From the NCBI GenBank assembly GCA_964016885.1, contig OZ024745.1, positions 35,960,001 to 36,024,000 on the forward strand: a stretch of 64,000 nucleotides of DNA. Direction: 5' to 3'. How positions within the stretch are numbered: the first letter of the stretch is position 1; each line of letters opens with the position of its first letter. Below the pieces are notes generated by a model. The model searched no databases. It was not told the DNA's origin and saw nothing but the letters and a program-made list of their open reading frames with translations. Made by a program: the position numbers and the translations under genes. Source of the stretch: Eledone cirrhosa (Eukaryota). Below, piece after piece: positions 15,061 to 29,342 of this stretch.

Positions 15061-15540
15061 GTAATCTTTTATTTCAATATGGTTTCAGTTTTCTTGCAAT
15101 TGGTGCCACGACCTTAGTTCAGAAGACTGAAGTAACTTTGTTATTTCATCGCGTAGATTTATTTTTATATCTTTCATCTGGATCAACATATAGATGTCAA
15201 AGTCTGTATATAGAGTAAGTTCAGATAGAGTGGAAGCTAAAGAAACTGTATAGATGTGTATGTAACTAACGAAAATTAAAGTGATGAAATACATTAACAA
15301 GCAGAAGCAACCAACGAATTAAGAATTAAATATTAAGGAAAGATTTAATATTTTGATTTGCACTACAAGAGACATATATATGAGCCTAGGGACAAGCTGC
15401 CATAAAATTTAATATTTAATATGTGTATTAAACAAACATTGACTGTTTTTATGGAAATTCCATTAAAAACAGTCAAACAGTGGGAAAATTAATATAAAAT
15501 ATATAATATTAATTGCTTTTTATATCATATTAATATACTG

Positions 15541-15655
15541 TGATAGCGTGTGGCTTAGTTTCTAGTGTGTTTGGCTCTCGATCTTTTGGACCTGTTCGAT
15601 TCCCGTTGTCCTTGAGCAAGGCACTTTATTTCACACAGTTTTAGTTCAGGTGTCA
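15541..15655 (+). mobile_element. Degenerate tRNA-derived SINE head of a second family
   Basis: TGGCTTAGT (A-box-like), GTTCGATTCCC (B-box), then the CORE/V-like motif GTCCTTGAGCAAGGCACTT. Confidence 0.55.
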
Positions 15656-16296
15656 TATTTGTGCAAATGTGACATCTGGTTCCTGCTTTCTGTCAGTGTA
15701 CGAATATTTAGTATCAGTTAAAACTAATATATTCTGCATGGCTTTGTTTGCGTAAGATGAAAGAACACAGTCATTTGGTTAAAAAGAGAGAAACTCAAAG
15801 ATATACCGGAACCCTCTGTCAGACCTGATATTTTATAAGCAGCAATAGAGAGAATTGTCTTACCTTCAAGTCTCAGTGCAACTGAGAGAAGATGGCTTAT
15901 CTAATTTATATATTTGACAGATAGAATCTAAAAATTGAGCATATTGCTACAACATGGCCGTTTCGAGAAATTCTGGAACAGAAACAATTGATGTTGATTA
16001 CGTTTGGTTTTTTTGTTTTCACACGTAACAGTTTAACAAATTAGTGTACACATTAAGTATTCATCTAATTCAAATGTAACGACTATATGCATGCGTTACT
16101 ATCTGTGATCTGGCATTTTATTAGTTTTTACATATATTTTAGCCGCAGCATGTGCCATAATGCCCCAAATGACGGAAACTACTGAGGTATTGTTATTTTA
16201 GAACAATGGTTGAGGTGTCCAACAGAATGTAGCTATGGCAGCCGCGAAATATCATTATATCGTTTTTAAATGAGATAATTAAATGTTGAAATTCTA

Positions 16297-16474
16297 TAGA
16301 GTGTCGGCTGAAAAGTTCATAAGTTGACCCCGATACTCTCATGGAATGACCAAATGAGTTTTTTCTTCAATATTGTCATTAGAAAGACAAAATGCAATTA
16401 ATGCATGAACGATTTCCCAGCCTTAACACCATTCCTTCACAGGCAGCCAATAAACCTTTCAGCCCACCCACAGA
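16297..16474. mobile_element. Degenerate mariner-like MITE
   Basis: Imperfect inverted ends GTGTCGGCTGAAAAGTTCAT and TAAACCTTTCAGCCCACC, near TA dinucleotides. Confidence 0.5.
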
Positions 16475-16967
16475 TACGATTCAAGTATTGAATAAAGGAG
16501 AAAATAATTAAGTTTACCTAGAATTTATTATTTTGTTTATTATAGGCTAAAATATAGGACATTTATTTATTAATACATGTTTCCTTTACTTTATACCAAT
16601 ATTGATCGATATGTTTATGTGATTTAAATTAGTATATAACATACACATATTCTACAGAGTTGTCATTGTAAATGCACTTAATTTAATAGCATATAAAAGG
16701 CTGAGTTCGGTTCCTGGACAAAACGGCTCATAATATCCTTGAGAAGACATATGATTTCATGTTTCTCCAGCAGGAAACGATACGTTGTAGCCGTGATTCA
16801 AAGAGCGAAACCAGTTCCATACCGTGTCAGGTTGAATCAACCATAGAATTACATAAGGTGTGTAAGTGTCTGTTGAACGCTCTGGCACATTCGATTAAAT
16901 TTCACGAACAGGCGGTTCCGTTGGTTAAACTATTGAAACACTCATCGTCAATACGGAGACGCGGGTC

Positions 16968-17011
<44 letters not shown>

Positions 17012-17092
17012 CGTTTCTGAATTTGTTTAGCAAGATTCTTCATCTGAAATCGTGTGTTGAAACCGATATTGTTATACTTTGGGAGGGTCATT

Positions 17093-18102
17093 AGAGTTAC
17101 TATAGACTACCCAAGTAGACACCCCAACCATCGATTACCTGTACTAGACACAGAGCTCTGGTTAGATACCATCAACAACCAAAAACAAATCCTCCATTCC
17201 CATTATGCCAAACCCATGACTTCCAAACATCTGATCCACCGAGACTCGGCCATTTCGGACCATACCAAGATCAACATACTGATTGCGGATTTGGTACGGG
17301 TGATGAGAAATGTGTCCCGCATGTGCAACCCTGAAGAACTAGAGAGACACATACAACACTTCATCCACCGTATGCAGTTCTCTGGCTACAACCAGAGAGA
17401 TAGAATCAGAGTGTATAGAGGAGCCAGAACCAAATGGGAAAAAATGGTAAATAATGACATAAATGGGACCTGCCCCTTGTATAGGAGCAAATTTTGGAAT
17501 AGAATAGAAAGAACTAGGAACAAGGCCAATAGAATAAACTCATGGTATGATAGCAATAAATACCAGAGTGTAATGTTCATCAATACAACCCTACAAATCT
17601 AGCCTACAAATTTAGAAGGGCCCTAAATAAACATAAACTCAATATTAAGATAATAGAAAGACCAGGTACCTCCGTAAAAACACTTATTAGCAAGACATAC
17701 CCGTTCCAAAGACCCTCATGTATAGATAAGAAATGTATAACCTCTAAAATAAGCCCCCATATTAACTGTAAAACTAGAAATGTAGGGTATAGCATAAGAT
17801 GTACTGAAGGACAATGTAGAAACAAAAATATAATGTACATAGGTGAGACAGCTCGTAGTATAGGGGAACGGATAAATGAACACTGGCGAGACCTTCAAGA
17901 TAATAAAGAATCATCTGTACTCTACCAACATGCTAAGATAGAACACAAGGGTAAATTAGAGAACATAGAAATAAAAATAGAATCCACACACAGAAAAGAT
18001 GCAATGTTTAGGCAAATTACAGAGGCAGTAAGCATAAAAGAATTACAACCAAAATTAAATAGAAAATATGAGTGGAACAGCAACATCACAACTTACAATT
18101 AA
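17093..18102 (+). pseudogene. PLE RT-thumb plus GIY-YIG endonuclease, truncated and frameshifted near 17600
   Basis: ORFs 17054-17602 and 17833-18102. The second frame extends upstream as KIIERPGTSVKTLISKTYPFQRPSCIDKKC..NCKTRNVGYSIRC. Confidence 0.88.
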
Positions 18103-18306
18103 GGACAAAATGAAAACACACACACACATAGAACAAACAACCAACCAACAACATGTAAATAAATAAACAAATAGATAAATGAACACAAACACACACAGAT
18201 ACCCGGATGTGGCGCATGCGCAAACTGAGCACACAACACACACACAGAAACAAAATGGCGTAGGACAGAAGAAAGGAAAGGCACAGAAACAAAGAAAGGA
18301 ATCCCC

Positions 18307-18351
18307 AGTCACTGAAGAGATCACAGATTGTGTGACGAAATGACTATGACT
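18307..18351 (+). ncRNA. Minimal type I hammerhead ribozyme motif
   Basis: AGTCA-CTGAAGA-ga-TCACA gattg TGTGA-c-GAAA-tgac-TA-TGACT, with stem I AGTCA/TGACT. Confidence 0.7.
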
Positions 18352-19413
18352 ATATATAAACAACTATCTGGTTGTGGAACCAACCAACCAACCAGAAATT
18401 TATAAGTTTGTAGATTTGTAAATTTATAAATTTATAAATATATAATAAATTGAAGTGAAAGCTACTGGTGCGTGTGTTTCTTATTGGCAACATGACCCTC
18501 CCAAAGTATAACAATATATATATATATATATATGACTACTATATATATATATGACTAACCAGTCAGTCATTATATATTCCTTTCTTTCAATGTGCCTAAA
18601 GTACATCAAAATATGTTCATGTACACTGTGAGCTGGGAAGTATAAGGCGCCTGTAATTTGTGACTAAGCCTCGTTTTGCACGTGGGCAATCGTTGTTTAT
18701 ATAAGACCACCATTTACCCATGTGTATAGAACTTTCCCCTCTCTACGCTAACAATGTTGTCCATATAACTCTTATATACATATGCGCATATAACTCTTAA
18801 CACTGATGTTGTTGCACTCATTTTTTTTTCATTTTAGTTTACTGCAGCAAATAGAAATTAAATGCCCTGGTCAGAGAAATTACGGCTCACAGGGACAATA
18901 TCTACCGGTATTACAATCATGGCCCGAACAACGTAACAAGTAACCCGGGCTCTTTCACATTACTGATGTAGTATTTAACGCATAAACGTTTTCTTTTGAG
19001 CTGTATTTGCTATAGGGCTACAGAATGATGAATCATATTTCAAATTTAAAGTGAATTTAGTGTATAAAAACGAGAGGTATTTTTTTTTTATTGCATAGCA
19101 CCAATTTATTGCTCGATAAAATAGAATCTTTCATAGTATTTTTTTCCACCTGAGGACTAAAGACAAATTATCCTCGCGTCTGGTTCTCTATTACAACATG
19201 ATGTCATTTGGCTATCATACTTATCTTACAACGTACATAAAGCTTCATATGTATCTCCATCTTAGACCCCCCCCTCTCATATATACAAAGACATATACAC
19301 ATGCACACATGTACATACGCACACATGCACACATGTACACATGCACACATGCACACATGTACATACGCACTCACACGTGGTCACATATACACATATAAAC
19401 ACACACACTAACC

Positions 19414-19504
<91 letters not shown>

Positions 19505-19734
19505 CATAAATTAAAAGAAATATGGGTGTCTTAGAATTTATAAGAAATAAAATGTTCTTAAGAAACATTTATCCATGCAAAAGCATATTCACAATTGGAG
19601 TATCGCTCCTACAGTCGATGGCGACGCTAAAACCAAAACAAAGACTAATGCTCTAAAGATGATATTACTGTTATCACTGCAGGTGTGGCTAATACTGTTG
19701 CTAATATTGCTTCTGCTGCTACTGCTCCGCCCTG

Positions 19735-19767
19735 CGCCTCCTGCTCCTCCTCCTCCTCCTCCTCCTC

Positions 19768-19822
<55 letters not shown>

Positions 19823-19824
19823 GG

Positions 19825-19871
<47 letters not shown>

Positions 19872-19932
19872 GCTGCTGCTGCTCCTACTACTACTACTAC
19901 TACTACTACTACTCGTGGTGGTGGTGGTGGTG
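19735..19932. repeat. (CCT)n/(TAC)n/(TGC)n/(TGG)n trinucleotide array
   Basis: Seen directly; it explains the poly-P/T ORF at 19575-20021. Confidence 0.95.
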
Positions 19933-20019
19933 CAACTACTATTGCTGATGCTGCTAAAGCTACGAAGAATTCCAGCCAACTGATCCTACATCTCCCAGTC
20001 GTCAGACCATTTTCGACCT

Positions 20020-20490
20020 AGCTGCGTATGTCAATACTGTTCATGAAAATAATAAACAATAGATGTGACAGTAGGTAGCGTTGATGTCTCCGACTCCCAC
20101 CTTGAATGGATTCCATTTAGCACCATTTATCCGAATAATCGGGCACTCATATAGAGACAGCAGGGCAACAAGAAGCTGACCACCAATGCCATACTGCTGC
20201 AGAACCTTCTACAGTAGGTCCCGTGAAATGGGAGCATATGCCTTTTGGAGGTCTACAAAGCAAAGATACACCCATTCTAGTCAGTACTCCGACGATTAGA
20301 TAAAAGACCTGCAGCAGTGTGAATACTTGGTCGGCTCTTCTACGAACGGGGCCAAAACCACACTGTTCCTCAGCTAGCTAGGATTTGACAAGCTCCCTGT
20401 ATCTTTTTGCTAGTCACTAAATATAGACTTTACAAGGAAGGATTAACAAGGAGACCCCACCCCGCCTATAATTGGTGCAATCTCTCTTTT
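20020..20490 (-). mobile_element. Decayed RTE-type LINE reverse transcriptase fragment
   Basis: Minus strand reads FVDLQKAYAPISRDLL*KVLQQYGIGGQLLVALLSLYE...RINGAK..PFKVGVG; same family as 39240-39455. Confidence 0.75.
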
Positions 20491-20609
20491 CTTCCTTTTT
20501 GAGAAAGTACCAGATTAGCGACAGGCGTGAACAAGACGGCCAAAACTGCACTATGGTTTGAAGTAAGAAGAAGAATCATCACTGCGTCGTTCTTCGCGCA
20601 GAGAAGGTG

Positions 20610-20725
20610 CAAAAATTAACATTTGGAACCTGCAATCTCCCAATCCTTACAAATAAGGAGCAGAAACTTTTGGAGGAAGCTAGATGTTAGATATGGCTCT
20701 GGTACTGTAGATTTGGATGAAGGAT
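20610..20725 (+). mobile_element. LINE APE-endonuclease N-terminal remnant
   Basis: KEQKLLEEAR and GSGTVDLDEG parallel the APE ORF at 60746-61003. Confidence 0.5.
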
Positions 20726-21027
20726 AGTATGTAATCATAGATATTTTTATGTATATTTTTCTGCTGAAAAAGTTTTTCCATAAAGCACCCGGTACTAGAA
20801 ATGCAGTATATTACAGCTTCTCCTATCACATTTAGTTCGTGGTCGCCTTTCTTAACAATCTAACAATCACTGCTTTCCAGGTCAGGTCCATCAATGTAAA
20901 CATGTGCATTGAAGTTTTCCGCTGTGGTGAATCGTTAAGGAAGGATCTGTGTTTGAAATATGTTCGGCGCACATACCTGTAATATGCACACCTATACATA
21001 CATACACACAAAACACACACACACACG

Positions 21028-21085
<58 letters not shown>

Positions 21086-21236
21086 ACAGAAAATAATAAT
21101 CTCAGTTTATATAGGCTAAATCACATTATAGTAAATGACTAGGCGAAACAAAAAATGGAAGAAGCAGCTTATCGGTTAGTCGTGCTATACACGATCAGTT
21201 AGCATATAGAACATCTGGGAAATGAAAAGGAATAAT

Positions 21237-21420
21237 TGTTTCTACTCTGGGCACAAGGCGAACAATTACCCCAGTGCATTACTGCTACTTTATTTTATCG
21301 ACCCCGTAATGATGAAAGGCAAAGTTAACCTCGGCGAGATTTGTACTCAGATCATAAAGGGCCGTAACTCTATGCTGAAAACCATGGTGTCTGACTCTCT
21401 ACCGATACCGCCAATCCACA
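21237..21420 (-). mobile_element. Meta-domain SINE copy
   Basis: Full-length, moderately diverged match to 52081-52266. Confidence 0.88.
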
Positions 21421-24400
21421 GAATTACGTAACAACATTGAAACACCTGTTAAAGACTAGTTTCTGCAATAACACTTTCTTCCTATTTTCAACGGATTGTG
21501 CTTAGTTTTTTCCTTCTACCCTTTATTCACTTTACACCCCCCCCCCACACAAATAAATATATATATATATATTTACTGCTGGATGAAAGTGGGTTAGTGT
21601 TTGGATATTTTGTCTGGGATAGATTACTCATCATCTAGTAAATGATAATGTGATGTTTTAATTCCTAGCTGTTCATCAATTCAAATATTTTTGCAATTAT
21701 CGCATATCTGTCGATTATTTCTTGAGATGCATTTCTCTGTTCATTTTTTTCAGATTTTATCTAATTATTAAAAGGTCAAGTAATTAATTCAATTCTTTTC
21801 GAAATAAATATAACGAGTTCTTTATTTTTTATTTGATTTCTTCTCACAAATCTATTTGACATTTCCTGCCGTCTTTTTTCTATCTGTACTCAAAAACAAG
21901 ACTGTTCACATGCGGGTATTTTTAAAGGGATAAATATTTGATAATTGTCTAGATCAACTTTACCATTAACCCTTCCAGCGTCACTAAGATGAGTGCCAGT
22001 AAAGTACGTGCGTCATATCTATGGCTTAGCGTGAGAACGAAGGATAGCACACTTGTGATTTTTAAGGGCCTAAGTGGCGCTCGTTAGAATATTCGTAGAA
22101 CTTCTCGTTTGACTATAGTCATCAGCTATTTTGCTAAGCAATGCTCTCTGTTAAATGTACGCAAACTGGTAGCGTTGATAAGATGTATATGATATCTCTT
22201 TAGGTTGTGATCGAGATAGTAAAAACAATGTTTATACACATTCATTGAGTAATTAGTTTTAAATTATTTTTCCCGGTTAGTCTGCAAGAATAAAATGTTA
22301 TATTGTAGAGAATAAAGCTGAAAACAGAAAATTTCTCACTGATTGTATGTTGTTACAATTATTATTGTTATTTCAGTGTTTTTTGTATGTTAAAAGGATG
22401 TAAATGTCCGTCATTTACGTGATATTATATTGTATATTGTTTTAATTTATGACATCAATATACGGCTTGCGAAATGTAGCTGCTATCTGCATAAGGCTAA
22501 TTCTCTAGACAGAAGGTGTATATCTTATTACTGGTGAAGGTTTTAACGTTGATAATTTAGTGTCTCATATATATATATATATAAAGTAGATTTTGTCTAG
22601 TGACCAAATATATATGACGTGAATTGCTAGAACAGATTGTTCAAATCATCTTTTTCAAGATTTTAATAATTTCACTAATTCGTTGATTCTGAGCTGGTAC
22701 TTTATTTCATATACTATGTAGCAATAAAAGGCAAAGTTGTTTATCTCGCAATTATTTGAAATCAGAAGCAGAGAGACAGAAATGCTATAAAGCATTTAGT
22801 CCAACGTTCCAATGATTCAACCAAGTCTCTTATATGTTAAGAAATTAGAAAAGGAAGATTAAGACAGAAGTGATCGAAAGAGGAAGAGGAGGGGCTGGAT
22901 GCGATAGAGAAAATTGAAGTATATTATGTAGATGGGTAAGAATAAGAATAGGAGAATGTGATTCTAACGCAGAAAAAAAGAAGTCAAAATGTATGAAGTT
23001 TTATAATAATGAAAAGAAGACAGTAAGAGAATCGTAGAATATACAGACGAAACACAAAACAAATACGAACACAAGACGAAGAAGAATATGATGAAGAAGA
23101 GGAAGACGTTAAACAACAACGACAACAAAGGAAAAAATGAAATTAAGAGAGAAAGAAAGGAAGAGAAAATGAAGGGAAGAAAGAAGGAGAAAAAAGACAA
23201 GAAGAAATAAACAAAAAAGTCAAATGTGTAAAACAAGTAAACAATGGCTTGGAAAGTAAATTGTATGAGAGATTCTAATAGAGAACAATAATTGATAAGA
23301 ATAATTCTTTGGCTTTTGCGAGAAGAATATTGTTTCTGATATTTGTAAATCATAAATGGTGTGGGGAAACAAAGAAATTTAATAATGAAACTTAATTTTC
23401 TGAAGGCTATTTTGACAGAACCTAATTGTGTGAAAGTATTTTTCAATCTTTGTGATTAATCACCTAATTGTTTCGTTTCAACTTAGCTGATGCTGTTTTC
23501 AGCTTGGCATTCACTTATTCAAACGTCAGTGGTTCAACAAAATACGGCTTTTTGATTAATTATTCGTTTTTAGTTATTCATAAATAATTGTTTATTAATC
23601 AATATTTGTCAGTAATTATTCTTTAATCATTATTCCATGGCATTCTGATTGTATAATTAAATATGTGTCGTTTGGCAAATTAACTTTAATGGTGACATTT
23701 TAGGTTTTACTTTTTATTTTGTTTGTTTCTTTTTTTTTGTAAATATAAACATACCTGCAGAGCAGGTATGTTTATATTTCTGTCACGTTAATCTAACAGG
23801 AAAAGATGCTGAAAAGATTCGGTTAATTTTGTATAGTATTGTTGTTGAAAAGCAATAACTATATTTCATTAACACAATTACAACCAGACAGCACAAAACT
23901 GGGATGTGATTTTGTAAGATTACTATTTTTGTACGGATGTGGTGGTGGGGGGGGGGGGGGGGGAGAGTACGAATGTAATTTTTAAAAATATGAGATCTAA
24001 TGTTTAAATGTTTTATGGGTGAAAACGGAATGAAACATGTACAGGTATATTAGAGCACTATGAATAATGTGCTACGATTGTCAACGTTTTACTTTGTGCC
24101 ACATTAACTTTGTACGCGAAGGTTCCGTAAAATTGGAATTCATGACAAAATGTAATTCTTTTGAAATGTAGTGGAAATTTCGGCGAGACACAAAGCAACA
24201 CGCAATAAAAGAAAATATTTAAAACGACCCATTAAACCTAAAATATTTCATGAGAGAAATAAACAAAAGAAAAATTGAGAAATACAAAATGAATTACCAT
24301 ACCAATTGACATTTAATAAAATAAAATACACCAAGTGTCAGTAATCATTGAAGTATATTTAAATGAGGATTCTGGTAAAGTACCTAAAAATACAAAGTCA

Positions 24401-25409
24401 TTAAATAGAACCTCCTTCCAAACGTCTGATATACGGAAACAATTATATTTCAATATATTAGACGCAATGCTACGAACAGGTGACTTGGATTTACACGTAC
24501 ATTGGACATTAGTCATTGAATTATTGATAACGATTATTAAATGATCGAGAAACATTGATTTTTAGAAAAGAGATTTTGAAATGATTTTTCGTGAAACGTA
24601 TTTTTAAGATATAACTGCAATTTAAATTATGAGTTGAAAGAAGAGAAGATCAATTTAAGACCAAATTATTTTATACTACAAAAGACAAGTATTTCTTTGA
24701 CTTAAATCATAATATGACATGCTATCATTTCAGCAAGAAGTCAATCAGAAATATAACGTTAATTAGAGGGATGGGTGAGTTTGGTTTCCGCAATGTCGTT
24801 GATAAATTTTTAAATTGTTCGTTCTACGCAGCCGTCTGTTCCAGATAATAAAGGGCGGAGTATTGCACAAATATAAGTACTTTTAAATAAATTCTCACGT
24901 AGAACAAGACTGACCCTTTCATTAGCATGCATTATCCGACGGACATTCAAGCAAGTTTACCCCATCCAATAAAATGTACAAGTTTGACTGGACCAAGTTT
25001 AACCCCACACGATGCCACATATTAGGATCGAACTCAGAATGTTATGCTTGAAACGAAATTCTACAACACACACACATAAACGCAAACACACACATACACA
25101 AACATAAATACTCACAAATATGTATATTCTCAAAAAATGGAAGACTGAATAGACACATGCTTTTCTTCAAAAACTTATCCGTTTCTTCTTCTTCTCATTT
25201 ACTAGAATTCTATTTCGTCTTTATTTATCATTCTATTTTCTGACAAAGAATTAATGTCCGAAGCGTAATAACCATTTTCCACGTAATATCATACATATTA
25301 TACATCAACAAAATTCCTGAATAAGGTAGATTATATATGTTTAATAGCCCGCTTAGTGTGAAAGAAATACTTTGCTTACTCCTTAAATTTATACTCCTAC
25401 TCCTCTTCC

Positions 25410-25426
25410 TACTACTACTACTAATA

Positions 25427-25496
<70 letters not shown>

Positions 25497-25517
25497 GAAC
25501 TACTGCATCTGCTGCTG
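25410..25517. repeat. (TAC)n microsatellite
   Basis: Seen directly. Confidence 0.9.
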
Positions 25518-25836
25518 TTGCAAGAAAAGGAGAAGGAGAAAATTAACCAATACCAGGATTTAAAGAGGGAGTTAAAAACGATTTGGGTCTGTCATGAGAT
25601 CAAGGTCGTCCCGATTGTCATAGGAGCCCTAGGTACTATCTCAAAGAGTTTTCAAGGATGGTTAAAGAAAATTAGTTTAGCCCTCTTTTTTGGAACACTT
25701 CAAAAGGCATGCTTGCTGGGAACAGCAAGAACCCTCCGATACGTCCTGAATATCTGAGGCTGCAGGTAGCAAATTTTCCAGTTAAATAGCATCTATGACT
25801 GGGACTTCAAGAATAACAACAACAATAATAATAATA
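25518..25836 (+). mobile_element. Dong/R4-like non-LTR retrotransposon 3' end (restriction-like endonuclease C-terminus)
   Basis: EKEKEKINQYQDLKREL..IW...VVPIVIGALG....LQKACLLGTARTLR, followed by a short UTR and a (CAA)/(TAA)n tail. Confidence 0.85.
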
Positions 25837-26043
25837 CGTTTGTGTAAGAGTGTATATATTAATATAAATATATGTGTGTGTCTGTGTGTGTGGTGGGTTT
25901 TTGTGTGTGTGCGAATGTGAATTTGAATCCCTTTTGTCTGTCTATATATATAATTCCATCTAATAGTTACTATTTCACACACACATTCACTCAAATGCCT
26001 ACAACCCATCTCCCTTTCCTTCGAAACCGCCTCTCACCCTATG

Positions 26044-26074
<31 letters not shown>

Positions 26075-26219
26075 ATGTTTATGTACTTATCTCACAATTT
26101 CTTGGCATTAAGGGCCATGAATACTTATATGAATACATCGAAATCTCAATATTTATGTAACTTATTTTTTTTTATTTATATCTCTATATCTCTTTGCAAA
26201 TACACACACACACACACAC

Positions 26220-26327
<108 letters not shown>

Positions 26328-29164
26328 CACAAACACTCATATTAATACATACATACATATCTAGATACAATTTAACAACATATATACATGCATGCATAAA
26401 TGACTATATCTCTAGATCTCGTCTTCAAATCATACCTCTTGACATCGCTAAATTTAATGAAAAGTGAAAAAAATTAAGATACAAGTACCTGAATCTCGTT
26501 ATGACTCTTGCAATAAATGTTTATGATAAACTATGGTATGTCAATCTGTATCTTCCTATATTCTAAACAGGCTATTAAGCTAGAACTCCGACAACCCCAC
26601 CCAAACTATGAACATATTCATCGTCTATTAAACAGCTTGTTGTTCGTTTCTTCATATCTATTTATTAGTGTCATTATCATTAGTTTAATTAGATTGTTCT
26701 ACAGTTCGATAAGAAGGAACGTATATCTGTAATTAATTTCTAAGTTTTCACATTAGCTTCAAATTCGATGTTGAAAAATATTTGTTATCTTGAATCTAAT
26801 TGGAAGTCCTCGAATCTAATATCTGAAGTTAATTTCTGCATATAAGTTTTGTTTAAATGAAAAAATAATTATGTGCAATAATACAATAATTTTATTGGAT
26901 AATGGTAAATATATAAATAAAATTAATCATTTATATCGGGCACCGCATCCCCTTAACATGTTGGTTCATTCTATACAAATGAAAATAATATATTAAATGT
27001 ATCCTTTACTCCAGAAGCTTGGTAAATAGCATTTAACAAGTTAGTTGATGTAGGCACGAATAGACATATACATTTCAAGTAAATGCTCAGAAATATAGGG
27101 CTGAATGACGTGATAAAATAAACGACTTTTAAAATATTCTCCTCTTATCTCTGTACTGAGAAATACATAAAAAACTGCCTTTACATATTTCACATACAAT
27201 TGTCTGTTCATCAGAAGCCAGGCAACATATATAATTCCAGGAACGAAAAGAGCTTATTGTCAAAGCTCAGTTACATTAAACACGAACTAGAATTAAAATG
27301 CTAAATATGCTTGAAAAATATTGGAAGCTTATATAAATTTCCGCTGAGGTATTCTTTTTCTTATCAAATTTGGAAAGCAATTAAATCTGCATTATAGACA
27401 ATTTTTAACATTATATATACATATAGAATTTTGCGTATGTAGACGTGTAAACATATCAAATATACGTATTTAATTGTAGATTAAAAAATTGATAAACCCC
27501 ATTATCCCATTTTGATGCGCAGTTGGGCTTTCTTTAAGGATTATGTATATCATCTAAATATCCACAAGGAAATACGTAATCAAAATCGTTATCTACCCTA
27601 TCACTTACAGCAGGATTCTATAATAATTTGCTTATCATAAGTGCTCACGTTGGTAGTTAATTAACCTACATATTGAGTTATTTATTTAGAAGAAAAATCA
27701 TTTGGACTGAAAATGCAGCTCCCTAACTAACCGTGCTCTGTTTGCATCTGTGAAGCCCAGCTTCTCCTGGTTTACACTAAGGCAGTTAATGTCTCAGTTA
27801 TCTGCAGATTCGTCATTAGTGCAGAATAAATATTTTTCTTTACCCTAATATTTAGCATTATATGTATATATGTATGTATGTATGTATGTATATGTGTGTG
27901 TGTGTGTGTGTGTATGTGTTTGTGTGTGTGTGTGTGTGTGTGTTTGTGTGTGTATATGTGCATGTTCAAACACAAACGTCAACATTTCACTGGTTTTTGA
28001 TTAAGGCTGCATTTTGTCTTTTACTTTTTTTATCAGGGTGAGATAGACCGTGTACCTGACACTTTCCACCACCTTAGAGACTGGTCAGGCAAAAGTATCC
28101 TGAAACAGGGATATGGCCATAATGTTTGTAATATGGTCGGTGCTGCTAAAACACCCAAGGATCTCGTAGTGTTATTCTATCGTATCACCTATGAAGTCTC
28201 TAGCCCAGTAAAGCAACAGTGGGATTTTAACTCAGAACACATTCAGCCGTAACAAATATCATTAACCATCGAGATTTGACGCTCCAATTCTTATCTATGG
28301 CTTCATTTTATCGCCTCCAAAGCGTAAGTTGGACTTAACGAAGTATGGTCTCAGTGCGCAGAGAGACAGAATAAATACCGCAAAGCATTCTCTATTACGT
28401 TCTAATGAGTGTCGCAGTTCGCAAACAGGTAAAATCTGCGCTTTCATTTTAAATTCTTCTCAGGTATATTTGGTTGGTAGATATAATTGCCCATCGGTTG
28501 TACCACAACGATCTGGAACATGAATACCGGAGTTACCGCACTGTCATCTGTATCAAACATTGAGATAAGATCACTGTTTGATGATATCGCCACCCCCCAG
28601 TTTTTTCCAGTGTTTGAGGCACTGGAAATAACGTATGCTTGTAAAAATAGCATATTTTTCTACAAAAGCTTACTGTAGGATTCACCTCCATTCACAATGT
28701 GGGTGGAACGGAACGTAAAAAATAAACATTAAATCATTTAACTTAAAGCACACGTTAAGACATAAAATGTATCCCCATACATTCAAACGAAACTATTACA
28801 TTTTTTCTCTTGCTAAAGTTATGCTGCATCAATATAATTTAATGCTAGTTAATTAAGTATATTTTCCTCTTTAAAACAATTCATTAAATCAAAATCAATT
28901 AATTACATGCATCTTTGTCAAATTAGAAGGAATTTGATTATCAACGATAAAATGGAAGAACATATATACGGAAAACAGGATATTATTTTTTAAATGTGCT
29001 TTTTCCTTTCGGAAATTTAGTATATTGTAAGTAACGATAGGTGAGTGGAATTCACATGCGCACTTACAAATACATACACAGACACAGATACACACACACA
29101 AATACACACGCACCCCCACCCCCACCCAAATATATATATATACATATATATATATACATATACA

Positions 29165-29199
<35 letters not shown>

Positions 29200-29243
29200 G
29201 AAATTTTCTTTTGTTGAAAACGTTTTCCTTCGGAAATTAGCTG

Positions 29244-29293
<50 letters not shown>

Positions 29294-29342
29294 AAAGTAT
29301 AATGAAACAGGTAGACATCATAAAAAGGTAATTTATACCGAG

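Larger units (their letters stand above)
17009..18517 (+). mobile_element. Penelope-like element, 5'-truncated, with inverted terminal segment, inserted in (TA)n
   Basis: RT C-terminus/thumb (TIDYPS..LPVLD, HYAKPM), Cys-rich linker, then GIY-YIG (NVGY...YIGETARS.ER..EH...E...LN). 17009-17091 is the reverse complement of the 3' end plus 57 extra nt. (TA)n on both sides. Confidence 0.93.

Noticed and set aside
19575-20021. Signal-peptide-like, mucin-like ORF (LLLL-PPPP-TTTT)
   Set aside because: Produced entirely by (CTG)/(CCT)/(TAC) repeats running into an RTE remnant.
28444-28678. Overlapping short ORFs in moderately GC-rich unique sequence
   Set aside because: No recognisable domain and no consistent splice pair preserving an open frame.
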